Source: Chitinophagales bacterium
Lineage (GTDB): Bacteria > Bacteroidota > Bacteroidia > Chitinophagales > JADJOU01
Direction of reading: 5' to 3'
NCBI GenBank assembly: GCA_030832185.1
Contig: JAURJQ010000018.1
Span: 14,027-78,026, forward strand
Length of the DNA stretch: 64,000 nucleotides
The notes beneath the pieces were generated by a model. The model worked only from the letters and a program-made list of their open reading frames with translations, was not told the DNA's origin and made no database searches. Each line of letters opens with the position of its first letter. Position 1 is the first letter of the stretch. A program made the translations under genes and the position numbers. Below are positions 1 through 9,427 of this stretch, in pieces.

Positions 1-1
1 A

Positions 2-283
2 ATGCTAGAAATTGAGAAAGTAGATAAAATCATTATATATACACCAAAGGAAAATTCGACAGCAGTTGTCTCATTTAACATAGAAGGTGCGCATCCCTAT
101 GACATAGGTCAGCTGCTCGATGCCAAAGGAATAGCCATTCGTACAGGGCATCACTGCTGTCAGCCATTGATGCGTAAATTAGGATTGGAAGGTACATGTC
201 GCGCTTCCCTTTCATTTTACAATACGAAAGAAGAAATAGATAGCTTTATTGCCGCTTTGAAATCTATAGTTAAGCTCGTTTAG
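2..283 (+). CDS. sufS: Cysteine desulfurase SufS, C-terminal part (5' end lies outside the window)
   Basis: IAIRTGHHCCQPLM persulfide-Cys motif and RASLSFYNT tail typical of group II desulfurases. Confidence 0.9.
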   Translation: MLEIEKVDKIIIYTPKENSTAVVSFNIEGAHPYDIGQLLDAKGIAIRTGHHCCQPLMRKLGLEGTCRASLSFYNTKEEIDSFIAALKSIVKLV

Positions 284-316
284 GCTAGGTCTATTACTTT
301 TGTACAAATTATCAGC

Positions 317-1627
317 GTGCAAACCAAATCAACGAAGAAACAAAAAGTAAATGTCATTACACTAGGCTGTTCGAAAAATACAGTCGATAGCGAGGTGATG
401 ATGGGGCAGCTCAGCCATGGGGGTATAGATGTAGTGCATGAAAGTCAAAAAGATGATTTTGATGTAGTGATTATTAATACCTGTGGATTTATAGATAAAG
501 CAAAAGAGGAAAGTATCAATACGATTCTCCAATTCGCGGAGGCTAAGAATAAGGGATGGATAGAAAAGCTCTATGTTACCGGTTGTCTTTCACAGCGATA
601 TAAAGAGAATTTAGAAGAGGAAATCAAAGAAGTCGATGGTTATTTCGGCACGATGGACTTACCATTGCTGCTCAATCGATTTGAAGTAGATTATAAAAAA
701 GAACTCATCGGAGAACGCGTGCTTTCAATGGATACGCATTCAGCCTATTTGAAAATATCTGAAGGCTGCAATAGAAAATGTACATTCTGCGCCATTCCGC
801 TGATGCGGGGTCTTCATAAATCTCGAACTATAGAATCTCTTGTAGAGGAAACGAAAAATTTAGCCAAAAAAGGAGTTAAAGAAATTATCCTCATTGCACA
901 GGAGCTAACCTACTATGGGTTGGATATATATAAGAGAAAGGCACTAGTAGATCTGATTCAAGCCTTGTCTAAAGTCGAAGGAGTAGAGTGGATTCGATTG
1001 CATTATGCCTACCCTGCGCAGTTTCCTTATGAGATATTAGATGAGATAAGAGATAATCCTAAGGTCTGTAAATATTTGGATATCCCTATTCAGCATGTGT
1101 CTGATAAGGTATTGAAAGATATGAAACGCAATACGACAAAACAATATACGGTAGATTTGATCCATAAAATCCGTGAAGTAGTGCCTAACATTGCTATCCG
1201 TACCACTTTACTTACAGGCTTTCCTACCGAATCTCAAGAAGATTTTCAAGAATTAGTTGACTTTATTCAAGAGATGAAGTTTGACAGATTAGGCGTATTT
1301 ACATATTCGCATGAGGAGAATACTGGAGCATATAAATATGAAGATGGCATAACTGAGGAAGAAAAAAACAGAAGACAACAGTTGCTCATGGAAATACAGA
1401 GTGATATTAGCTATGAACTGAATCAGGCGAAAATCGGGCAAACCTATAAAGTTCTTATTGATAAAATCGAAGGTGGAAACTATATAGGGAGATCAGAATT
1501 TGATTCTCCAGAAGTAGACAATGAAGTCATTATTCATACGGAAAAGCATCTGCGATTAGGCGACTTTGTTCAGGTGAAAATAATGGCAGCTACTGAGTTT
1601 GATCTTGAAGCAGAGCTTGTAGGCTAA
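317..1627 (+). CDS. rimO: Ribosomal protein S12 methylthiotransferase
   Basis: ITLGCSKNTVDSE and INTCGFI UPF0004 domain, CNRKCTFC radical SAM motif, C-terminal TRAM domain ending DSPEVD; GTG start. Confidence 0.95.
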   Translation: MQTKSTKKQKVNVITLGCSKNTVDSEVMMGQLSHGGIDVVHESQKDDFDVVIINTCGFIDKAKEESINTILQFAEAKNKGWIEKLYVTGCLSQRYKENLEEEIKEVDGYFGTMDLPLLLNRFEVDYKKELIGERVLSMDTHSAYLKISEGCNRKCTFCAIPLMRGLHKSRTIESLVEETKNLAKKGVKEIILIAQELTYYGLDIYKRKALVDLIQALSKVEGVEWIRLHYAYPAQFPYEILDEIRDNPKVCKYLDIPIQHVSDKVLKDMKRNTTKQYTVDLIHKIREVVPNIAIRTTLLTGFPTESQEDFQELVDFIQEMKFDRLGVFTYSHEENTGAYKYEDGITEEEKNRRQQLLMEIQSDISYELNQAKIGQTYKVLIDKIEGGNYIGRSEFDSPEVDNEVIIHTEKHLRLGDFVQVKIMAATEFDLEAELVG

Positions 1628-1677
1628 CATATATTATAATTACGTTTCTAAATAGGAAGCATAAAAAAACAAAAAAC

Positions 1678-3219
1678 TTGAACCGAATCTCCATCCAAGA
1701 TCTTCCATTTTTTTCCGCCTTAGTCAAAGACTATCTGATAGGAAATGAAAAGGTGCAGAGCCTGCAATCATTTCATCCTACTATGGAGGGCTTAAAACGG
1801 GCACTCCTATCGAAAGAAAAGAATTATACACAAAGAAGTTTATTGCAGAACTTATTAGAATATAACTATGCAGGTGCAAAAAAATTAAGGCCCAAAGAGA
1901 GTGAAAATATAGTCTTGTTGAAAGAGAATGGATATGCAGTGAGCACTGCTCACCAGCCAAATTTATTTCTAGGTCCATTATATACTTTGACCAAAGCTGT
2001 ATCTGTTATCTCTTTGGCAGAGCAAATGAATGAGGCCTTAGGAGAAAAAAAAATCGTGCCTATATTCGTCATTGGCAGTGAAGATCATGATAAAGAAGAA
2101 CTACTCCATACCTATTTATTTGGCAAAAAATATGAGTGGACGACTTCGCAAAAGGGACCAATAGGTTCTATGGTGATAGATGATTCCTTTATCCTAGTCT
2201 TACATGAATGGCTAGATGCCTTTGGCAATATGCCTTATGCAGAGGAACTAAAAGATGCATACCTTTCATCGTATGTTTTGAATCATACGATAGCACTAGC
2301 ATTCGCTAGTATGCTAAGAAAGTTGTTAGGCAGTTATGGTCTCATAGTGTTAGATCTTAATATGAGAGAAGTTAAAGAAGCTATGGTGCCGGTTTTTGAA
2401 AAAGAAATAAAAGAAAGTTTTTCTGTCAATACGTTGAAATCTAATTTAGATTTTATCCGAGAGAACTATTCAGTGCAGGCGGAGCCGAGAGACATTAACT
2501 TATTTGAATATAGAGATGGAGAGCGTAAACGAATTGATCGAATCGAAGAGAATCTTCTAGCCAAATTAAAATCAAGTCCTGAAAGTTTTAGTCCGAATGT
2601 CATCCTAAGACCACTAATGCAGCAGACGGTATTGCCTTCTATCGCTAATATTGGAGGCGGTGCAGAAGTGAGCTATTGGTTGCAGCTAAAGCCTATTTTC
2701 GAATCCGTCCATATAGATTTTCCCGTGATACTTCTTCGTGATATTGTCTCGGTTTTAGATACTAAGTCTTGGGAAAAGTGGATATCTTCTGGCTATACTG
2801 AACTAGATTTCTTTCTACCTATCGATGAATTGAAAAAGAAAATTGCCTTAAAAGATTCAGATTTAGAATTAGAATTTTCTGGAGCAGAAAAGGAACTTAC
2901 CATCCAATTTGCAAGCCTGGAAACTTTAATGACTTCCATAGATAAATCACTAAAAGGATCCTACGAGTCCGAATTAGTTAAGCTGAAAAAGTCACTAGAG
3001 CTTCTTTATAGTAAAGCCGTTAAAGCAGAGAAAAGAAAGCATGAAGAAATCATAGCTGCCCTTGAAAAAATAAAATCTAAAATTTTTGAGGATAATTATC
3101 TGATAGAGCGAAAGGAAAATTTCTCCGCGTATTATTTGAAAGGAGGGAAAGACTGGATTGAAGCTATGATAGCCAATGCAAACCCGCTAGATGCGGAATG
3201 GAAATTGAATCTAGTTTAA
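1678..3219 (+). CDS. bshC: Bacillithiol biosynthesis cysteine-adding enzyme
   Basis: TAHQPNLFLGPLY, GSEDHD, FSPNVILRP, IGGGAEVSYWLQLK and LIERKENF motifs; about 513 aa with a coiled-coil C-terminal region. Confidence 0.9.
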   Translation: MNRISIQDLPFFSALVKDYLIGNEKVQSLQSFHPTMEGLKRALLSKEKNYTQRSLLQNLLEYNYAGAKKLRPKESENIVLLKENGYAVSTAHQPNLFLGPLYTLTKAVSVISLAEQMNEALGEKKIVPIFVIGSEDHDKEELLHTYLFGKKYEWTTSQKGPIGSMVIDDSFILVLHEWLDAFGNMPYAEELKDAYLSSYVLNHTIALAFASMLRKLLGSYGLIVLDLNMREVKEAMVPVFEKEIKESFSVNTLKSNLDFIRENYSVQAEPRDINLFEYRDGERKRIDRIEENLLAKLKSSPESFSPNVILRPLMQQTVLPSIANIGGGAEVSYWLQLKPIFESVHIDFPVILLRDIVSVLDTKSWEKWISSGYTELDFFLPIDELKKKIALKDSDLELEFSGAEKELTIQFASLETLMTSIDKSLKGSYESELVKLKKSLELLYSKAVKAEKRKHEEIIAALEKIKSKIFEDNYLIERKENFSAYYLKGGKDWIEAMIANANPLDAEWKLNLV

Positions 3220-3229
3220 TTTTGCAGAT

Positions 3230-3685
3230 ATGAATCATCTAACACAATTAGTCCATGAAATGGAAGATTATGTGAGCAAATATGAGTCCGTGAATGTAAA
3301 ATTCTCAACGGCCTCAGTAGGCTGGCACATAGAGCATAGCATGATGACTATAAATAAAATTATTTATGCATTAGAGAATTCAGACTCTACTAAGTATCAA
3401 TGGAGTTTTAAACTGTCGCGCTATATCATATTTACTCTAGGCAAGATACCACGAGGTAAGGCAAAAGCGCCTAGTGTGGTATTGCCATCGGAGACTATTT
3501 TGTTGGATAAGTTAAATTCACATATTACCGAAGCTAAAACCCAAGCATCAAAACTAGATAGTTTGCCAGTGAATTCTTACTTCAAACATCCCTATTTTGG
3601 GGATTTGAAATTGAAACAAGCCATTCGTATGCTTGAAATCCATACAAAGCATCATTTAAGCATTGTTCGTGATATTTTGAGGTGA
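3230..3685 (+). CDS. DinB/YfiT-superfamily protein
   Basis: SVGWHIEHS, HPYFGDL and HTKHHL histidine pattern; 151 aa helical. Confidence 0.75.
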   Translation: MNHLTQLVHEMEDYVSKYESVNVKFSTASVGWHIEHSMMTINKIIYALENSDSTKYQWSFKLSRYIIFTLGKIPRGKAKAPSVVLPSETILLDKLNSHITEAKTQASKLDSLPVNSYFKHPYFGDLKLKQAIRMLEIHTKHHLSIVRDILR

Positions 3686-3782
3686 AGTCTAGATAAGTGA
3701 TTGAAATTAATATCTATTAATATAGTTTCATATAAAAACTTTAAAAATTGTAACTTAAGGCAATTTCTTAATCCAATGTAAG

Positions 3783-3790
3783 TATCTTTG
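3783..3790 (+). promoter_or_regulatory. Bacteroidota sigma-ABfr -7 element TATCTTTG
   Basis: Exact TAnnTTTG match 4 nt before the ATG at 3795; no clear -33 element. Confidence 0.5.
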
Positions 3791-3794
3791 ATGT

Positions 3795-5042
3795 ATGCTA
3801 CTGAGTATCGAACCTAAAGAAATTTATAAATCTATCACCCAGCATAAACTCCGCAATGCCTTGACCGGATTCGGAATAGCATGGGGTATTTTTATCATGA
3901 TGCTGATGATGGGTTTTGGAGATAGTTTTCAGCAAGGAGTGTTTAAACTTTTTTCATCTTTTGCAGAGAATACGATAGTAGTCTGGGGAGGTGAATCCAC
4001 TATGCCTTATAATGGAGTGATGGATAATAAGACGATTGTTTTTGACCAAGATATTTTACGTCAATTTAAAACGGCTTTTGATGAAATAGAGTATATTAGT
4101 CTGCAGGCAAATTCTCCTCAGAGTATGCAGATGACTTATGACGATAATAAAAATTCAGGTTCACTCATAGGGGTAGAAAAGGATTTTTTTCGTATACGAA
4201 AACAAAAGATTAAAGCGGGTAGATTGTTTAAATCTAAAGATTTTAAAGAAGATGGAGCTGTATGCATTATCCCAGAGCGGGTGGAAGAATTGCTATTTAA
4301 AAGAAAGTCAAAAGTGATAGGTGAATATATAAATATTGGAGATAATTATTTCAAAGTAATAGGTATTACAAAAGACAATCCAAATATAAATTTTGGTGAT
4401 CGAAATTCTGTAATTATTCCATTCTCCAGTTATCAGACTTTATTCAATGCCAATACGTCGAATAGTTTTATAATTTCTTTGTACAAGGATGTAGATGGCT
4501 CCACGTTTATGAAGCGATTTGAAGCCTTTATGTCGAGACTCTATAGAGTAAATCCAGATGATAAGGAGGCTTTTTATACATTTAGTATGTCGGAGCAGGT
4601 TAAGGAGTTTCAGTCGTTATTTACAGGGATTAGAATTTTTATTTGGTTTGTGGGTTTTTGTATTTTGCTAACGGGTATTATCTCTGTAGGTAATATTATG
4701 TATGTCAATATCAATGAAAGAACCCGAGAAATTGGTATTCGAAAAGCTATCGGTGCCACTCCACGCAATATTCTAGAGATGGTACTGGTAGAGTCAGTAG
4801 TGCTTACTTCGATAGCTGGTTTTGTAGGAATATTTTTCGGCTATATAGTTATTTTTGTTATTCAGATCGTAATCGCATCTATGGTAGAGGAAAATATGTT
4901 TCTAGGAAATGTAGGCGTTAACTTTCCTGTCATCTTCGCGTCTCTGAGTATTCTCATTCTAGCTGGAGTAGCAGCAGGAATACTGCCAGCGCTCAAAGCC
5001 ACTAGAATAAGGCCTGTCATAGCTTTAAATCAAGAAAATTAA
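3795..5042 (+). CDS. ABC transporter permease, MacB/FtsX family
   Basis: KLRNALTGFGIAWG N-terminus, large periplasmic domain, INERTREIGIRKAIGA motif, C-terminal LPALKATRIRPVIAL. Confidence 0.92.
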   Translation: MLLSIEPKEIYKSITQHKLRNALTGFGIAWGIFIMMLMMGFGDSFQQGVFKLFSSFAENTIVVWGGESTMPYNGVMDNKTIVFDQDILRQFKTAFDEIEYISLQANSPQSMQMTYDDNKNSGSLIGVEKDFFRIRKQKIKAGRLFKSKDFKEDGAVCIIPERVEELLFKRKSKVIGEYINIGDNYFKVIGITKDNPNINFGDRNSVIIPFSSYQTLFNANTSNSFIISLYKDVDGSTFMKRFEAFMSRLYRVNPDDKEAFYTFSMSEQVKEFQSLFTGIRIFIWFVGFCILLTGIISVGNIMYVNINERTREIGIRKAIGATPRNILEMVLVESVVLTSIAGFVGIFFGYIVIFVIQIVIASMVEENMFLGNVGVNFPVIFASLSILILAGVAAGILPALKATRIRPVIALNQEN

Positions 5043-5053
5043 ATAGTAAGCGA

Positions 5054-6154
5054 ATGAAATTAAGCAAGAAAAAATATTGGATATCAGGACTTGTACTTAT
5101 ACTCGTCTGTGTAGGTGCGTATAAAAAATTTATAAATAGTGATGGAGATAAAGACGAAAAAGATTTGTACATCCAACCGTCTGTTCGGACAATAGAGAAT
5201 AAACAAATTTTATCAGGAAAGTTAGTGAGTTCGAAAGAAGTCAACTTGAAATCGGAACTAGGAGGCGTCATAGAGGCTATTTATGTCAGTGTAGGAGACG
5301 AGGTAAAAAAAGGTCAGGCGATAGCTAAACTAAGAACTCTACCTGACCCCAAGATGAGTCAAGAGGCAGAAAGACAGATCTCTGTAGCGCATACAAATCT
5401 GGAGAGAGTAAGAGCCAACTATGAGCGGAATAAAACACTTTATGAAAAGGATGTGATAGCAAAGCAAGATTTAGAAGTTTCGGTACAAGAATATAAATTG
5501 GCTGAAACCGATTTGAGAAATGCAAATGAGAATAAGAAGATAGTAACTCAGGGATTTTCGCGTAAAAATGGTTTTGTGTCGGATGTAGTTTATTCTACTA
5601 CAGATGGAATCGTTTTAGATATTCCTGTGAAAACTGGAGCTACAATTATGAATAGAAATAATTTTAATGAAGGAACTACCATAGCTACCATAGCGGATAT
5701 GAATCAGATTCTATTTAAAGGACAAATCAACGAAAGAGATTTAAGTAAACTAGATTTAGGAAAGAAAATGCTCATTCGTGTCAATGCCCTGAGAAATCAA
5801 ACCTTCGAGTCTGAAGTGGTAAAAATTTCACCAAAAGGCGTCGATGTGGGTGGAATTACTCGATTTGATATTGAGGCTAAATTATTAGTATCGGCAGTAG
5901 ATCTATATAAATTCAAATCTGGGTTTACTGCTTCAGCTGAATTTGTGGTTGATAGAGTTTCAAATGCGATATCCGTTGAAGAAAAATACATTCGATACAA
6001 AGAAGACACCTCATACGTTTATATTAAAAGTGGAGAGTCCAAAAAACGAATTATTCTAGAAACTGGCATATCAGATGGACAATATATTGAAATAATCAAG
6101 GGCCTGAGAAAAGAAGATAAAGTGATGAAAGAGGAAATGGAAGCCGAGAAATGA
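5054..6154 (+). CDS. Efflux periplasmic adaptor (MacA/RND MFP family)
   Basis: N-terminal TM, biotinyl-lipoyl hairpin (GGVIEAIYVSVGDEVKKGQAIA), coiled coil, ETGISDG C-terminus. Confidence 0.9.
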   Translation: MKLSKKKYWISGLVLILVCVGAYKKFINSDGDKDEKDLYIQPSVRTIENKQILSGKLVSSKEVNLKSELGGVIEAIYVSVGDEVKKGQAIAKLRTLPDPKMSQEAERQISVAHTNLERVRANYERNKTLYEKDVIAKQDLEVSVQEYKLAETDLRNANENKKIVTQGFSRKNGFVSDVVYSTTDGIVLDIPVKTGATIMNRNNFNEGTTIATIADMNQILFKGQINERDLSKLDLGKKMLIRVNALRNQTFESEVVKISPKGVDVGGITRFDIEAKLLVSAVDLYKFKSGFTASAEFVVDRVSNAISVEEKYIRYKEDTSYVYIKSGESKKRIILETGISDGQYIEIIKGLRKEDKVMKEEMEAEK

Positions 6155-6822
6155 TAGAAATAAAAAATCTTAACAAATCCTATCAGATAGGGGAAAAGCA
6201 CTTAAAAGTATTAGTGGATGTTTCCTTATTTATTCAGCGAGGAGAGTTGGTATCTATTATCGGTAAATCGGGTTCAGGCAAATCTACATTGCTCAATATG
6301 ATAGGAATGCTAGATAACTATGATAGCGGTGAGTATTGGTTTGATAAGAATTTGATCAATAATGTATCTGAAAGTGATGCGGCACATTATAGAAATAAAT
6401 ATATCGGATTTGTATTTCAGACTTTTCATCTGATAGGCACTAAGTCCGCTTTAGACAATGTAGCACTCCCACTCATGTATAAAGGAATCGGCAAGAAGGA
6501 ACGAAGTATAGTGGCAGAAAAAATGCTAGAAAAGGTAGGATTAGGGGATAGAATACATCACCTTCCCAATGAGTTATCAGGAGGGCAGAAACAACGTGTA
6601 GCCATAGCTAGAGCCTTGGTCACCAATGCAGATTTGATATTAGCAGATGAGCCTACAGGTGCTTTAGATAGTAAAACAAGTCAAGAAATAATGGAGTTAT
6701 TAAGGGAAATAAATAGAGAAGGAAAAACTGTCCTGATAGTAACACATGAAGCAGAGATAGCGAATAGCTGTGATAGAAAAATAGAAATCATAGATGGTCA
6801 AATAGTAAAGAGCGATGAATAA
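6151..6822 (+). CDS. ABC ATP-binding protein, LolD/MacB type
   Basis: Walker [39 protein letters not shown]; ATGA overlap with the upstream gene. Confidence 0.95.
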   Translation: MIEIKNLNKSYQIGEKHLKVLVDVSLFIQRGELVSIIGKSGSGKSTLLNMIGMLDNYDSGEYWFDKNLINNVSESDAAHYRNKYIGFVFQTFHLIGTKSALDNVALPLMYKGIGKKERSIVAEKMLEKVGLGDRIHHLPNELSGGQKQRVAIARALVTNADLILADEPTGALDSKTSQEIMELLREINREGKTVLIVTHEAEIANSCDRKIEIIDGQIVKSDE

Positions 6823-8113
6823 ATTGGTTATTTTAATTTGTCTTATGGTATTTGAGTCTAGTATAGCTCAAGATATTTTCACTTTTCAGTCATGTCTCGA
6901 CACTGCTTTGCAATACAATCTCAGTATAAGACAACAACAAATAATAGAAAAAAATTATAAGCTGAATAGCAAGAGAGCGCAGGATGCCAGACTCCCTAAT
7001 ATTAGTGGATATACGAATGCCAATGCTAGCTGGGGAAGAGGTATTGACCCATTTACGAATACCTATGCTAATCAGCAATTCAATACCTATAACGGGGGAC
7101 TAAATCTTGATTTAAATCTATTCAATGGGTTTTATCATATTAATAATATAAAAATTCAGAAACAAGATTTAGAAAAAAATAAATCAGAATGGATGAAAGT
7201 GAAAAACGATTTAACTATCGACATCGCTTTTCGATATACCAATATTCTGTACCTGCAAGAGATGATAAAAAACTTAAAAGAGCAAGTAGTCATTAGTCAA
7301 GCGAATGTAAAATTTACGGAGAAGCGAATAGAAGCAGGAACATTAGCCAAGAGAGAAGTCTATAAAGCTATGGCCCAAAAAGATAATGAGGAACTCAATC
7401 TCATACGAGCAGAAAACGATTGTGAAACGAATATGGTAGAGCTGAAAATCTTGATGGGAGTCGATATCACTAGAAATATTCAGTTAAAGGAAATAGCCAT
7501 TTCGAGCATATCCGCAGAGGACAAGACCAACTTTATAAAAAGCGCGGTAGAAAATTCACCATCACTAAAAATCCAGCAAACGAATCTCGAAAAATCGGAA
7601 CTCAATCTAGCAATGACCAAATCGTCGTATTATCCTACTATTTCATTGGGAAGCCAAATAGGCAGTACTTATTCTACCTTTAATAGACAATTTAATTTTG
7701 AACAACAAGTGGATAATAACTTGAGTTATGGATTCAATATCAATGCTCGTATTCCTATATTCTCGCAGTTTCAGACTAGAAATAAAGTAGCAGAGGCTAA
7801 ATATAATATTCAGTCTAATCAGTTGCAGTATGAAACAGAATTTCAAAACCAGATAAAAATTTTTAATAAAGCGTTTTTAGATTTCGCGGCATCCCAAAAA
7901 AAATATGAAGTGTCAAAGTCTTCATTGTATTCTAATCAATTAAACTATGATACGGAGAAGCTAAAATATGAGGCTGGCAGAATTGCTCTGCAGGAGCTGA
8001 ATACCTCAAAGTCAAACTTAGTTAGTTCCATATCGAATAATGTAAAAGAAAAGTATGAGATGCTTTTTAACTCTTTAGTACTTAAAATATACGATGGGTC
8101 TTTTGTAAAGTAA
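6815..8113 (+). CDS. TolC-family outer membrane efflux protein
   Basis: Signal peptide, two OEP repeats (RLPNISG, YYPTISL, IPIFSQF), position in a MacAB-type operon. Confidence 0.88.
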   Translation: MNKLVILICLMVFESSIAQDIFTFQSCLDTALQYNLSIRQQQIIEKNYKLNSKRAQDARLPNISGYTNANASWGRGIDPFTNTYANQQFNTYNGGLNLDLNLFNGFYHINNIKIQKQDLEKNKSEWMKVKNDLTIDIAFRYTNILYLQEMIKNLKEQVVISQANVKFTEKRIEAGTLAKREVYKAMAQKDNEELNLIRAENDCETNMVELKILMGVDITRNIQLKEIAISSISAEDKTNFIKSAVENSPSLKIQQTNLEKSELNLAMTKSSYYPTISLGSQIGSTYSTFNRQFNFEQQVDNNLSYGFNINARIPIFSQFQTRNKVAEAKYNIQSNQLQYETEFQNQIKIFNKAFLDFAASQKKYEVSKSSLYSNQLNYDTEKLKYEAGRIALQELNTSKSNLVSSISNNVKEKYEMLFNSLVLKIYDGSFVK

Positions 8114-8117
8114 ATCT

Positions 8118-8294
8118 ATGCTAGATAGATATGAAGAATCTTCGGAGTATGAGAAATTCTTGCAACCCATATCAGATGATTCTTGCACATCGAAGTATTC
8201 GAAGTGTGAGTTCAAGAGATATAATTCAAACTTTAAAGAGAAATTGAGAATTTTAATAAGAAACATTTTAACTCTTCGGCGAGAACTAAAATGA
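8118..8294 (+). CDS. Small hypothetical protein, 58 aa (below the ORF-track cutoff)
   Basis: ATG 4 nt after the tolC stop; MLDRYEESSEYEKFLQ...RRELK, open to TGA 8292-8294. Confidence 0.45.
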   Translation: MLDRYEESSEYEKFLQPISDDSCTSKYSKCEFKRYNSNFKEKLRILIRNILTLRRELK

Positions 8295-8443
8295 AGTGGA
8301 TGACAAAAAATCAAAATAAAATTCAATTGGATTTAATAGTGTCCTATAAGCAATCAGGGCTGGAAGAATGGTATACGCTAAGTCTAGCCATAGAATTGAA
8401 TGGTCTAAAAAAGAAAGACTGTCGTTTAAGAAATATAAGTTGA
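8291..8443 (+). CDS. Small hypothetical protein, 50 aa (or 3' half of a frameshifted 108-aa gene)
   Basis: ATGA overlap with the previous ORF; MKWMTKNQNKIQLDLIVSYK...RLRNIS; ends 13 nt before the convergent meaB stop. Confidence 0.42.
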   Translation: MKWMTKNQNKIQLDLIVSYKQSGLEEWYTLSLAIELNGLKKKDCRLRNIS

Positions 8444-8456
8444 GTAATAACCTAAG

Positions 8457-9404
8457 TTAGTTCGTTATATTTTCTTGAATTTCATTTAGACTGATATATT
8501 TTCCTGCCTTTATCTCATCTTCTAGGACTTTATATTTTTCTTTTCCTTTTTCGAGATAGTGCATGAGCATCATTCGTTCATAGGTTTCTTTAAACCAATG
8601 AATTCTCTGCTGAATTCGAGTAGCATAGAAGGTCTTGTTTCCCTTTTTAGTATCGATAAATTTCATTATGGACTTCCAAATGATATCTAATCCCAATTTT
8701 TCAACGGATGAGAATGCAAAAATACTTTCTGAAATATTCAAGTTTGACTTCAATAGATGAACAGAATTTTCAATTTCTTTTTTTGATAATTTGGCCGCAT
8801 TTAATAGTTCGCCATCAGCTTTATGAATGATATAAAAGTCAGCGACCTCCATAATTCCTTTTTTTATTCCTTGCAGTTCATCTCCCGAAGCTGGCATGAG
8901 AAGAAGAATAAACGCATCGCATAGATTTTTTACAATAGTCTCAGACTGTCCAACTCCAACTGTTTCTACTAAGATGATATCATAACCTGCTATTTTAGCT
9001 AATTCTATGTTTTTATGGGTGTTGATTCCTAGTCCTCCCAGTCTATTAGATGTAGGTGAAGGGCGAATAAATACATGATCGAGACTACTTAGCTCTGTCA
9101 TGCGAGTCTTATCTCCGAGAATACTGCCCTGAGTCAGTTCACTGCTAGGATCTATAGAAAATACGGCAATGCTGCACCCAAGGCTATGCAGATAAACTCC
9201 TAGAGCCTCTATGAAACTACTTTTTCCTACACCAGGGATGCCGCTTATGCTTAATACAATAGAGTTGTCCAACTTCTCCTGATGCTGCTCTATAAATCTA
9301 TCAGCTATGATATTATCTTCTAGTCTGGTGCTCTCATTGAAAGTGACCATTCTAGCTAATGCAGCTATATTTTTATTGAGAACGCCCTCTTCTAATTTTT
9401 CCAT
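8457..9404 (-). CDS. meaB: Methylmalonyl-CoA mutase-associated GTPase MeaB/ArgK
   Basis: GIPGVGKSS P-loop, IDPSS, GSILGDKTRM, FIRPSPT, ETVGVGQSE, GDELQGIKKGIME, HKADG. Confidence 0.93.
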   Translation of the reverse strand: MEKLEEGVLNKNIAALARMVTFNESTRLEDNIIADRFIEQHQEKLDNSIVLSISGIPGVGKSSFIEALGVYLHSLGCSIAVFSIDPSSELTQGSILGDKTRMTELSSLDHVFIRPSPTSNRLGGLGINTHKNIELAKIAGYDIILVETVGVGQSETIVKNLCDAFILLLMPASGDELQGIKKGIMEVADFYIIHKADGELLNAAKLSKKEIENSVHLLKSNLNISESIFAFSSVEKLGLDIIWKSIMKFIDTKKGNKTFYATRIQQRIHWFKETYERMMLMHYLEKGKEKYKVLEDEIKAGKYISLNEIQENITN

Positions 9405-9427
9405 TCAGAGGAATTATATTTTTAGAA

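Noticed and set aside
8075-8326. 83-aa minus-strand ORF in the tolC-meaB gap
   Set aside because: Overlaps the tolC 3' end antisense; the plus-strand ORF pair fits operon spacing much better
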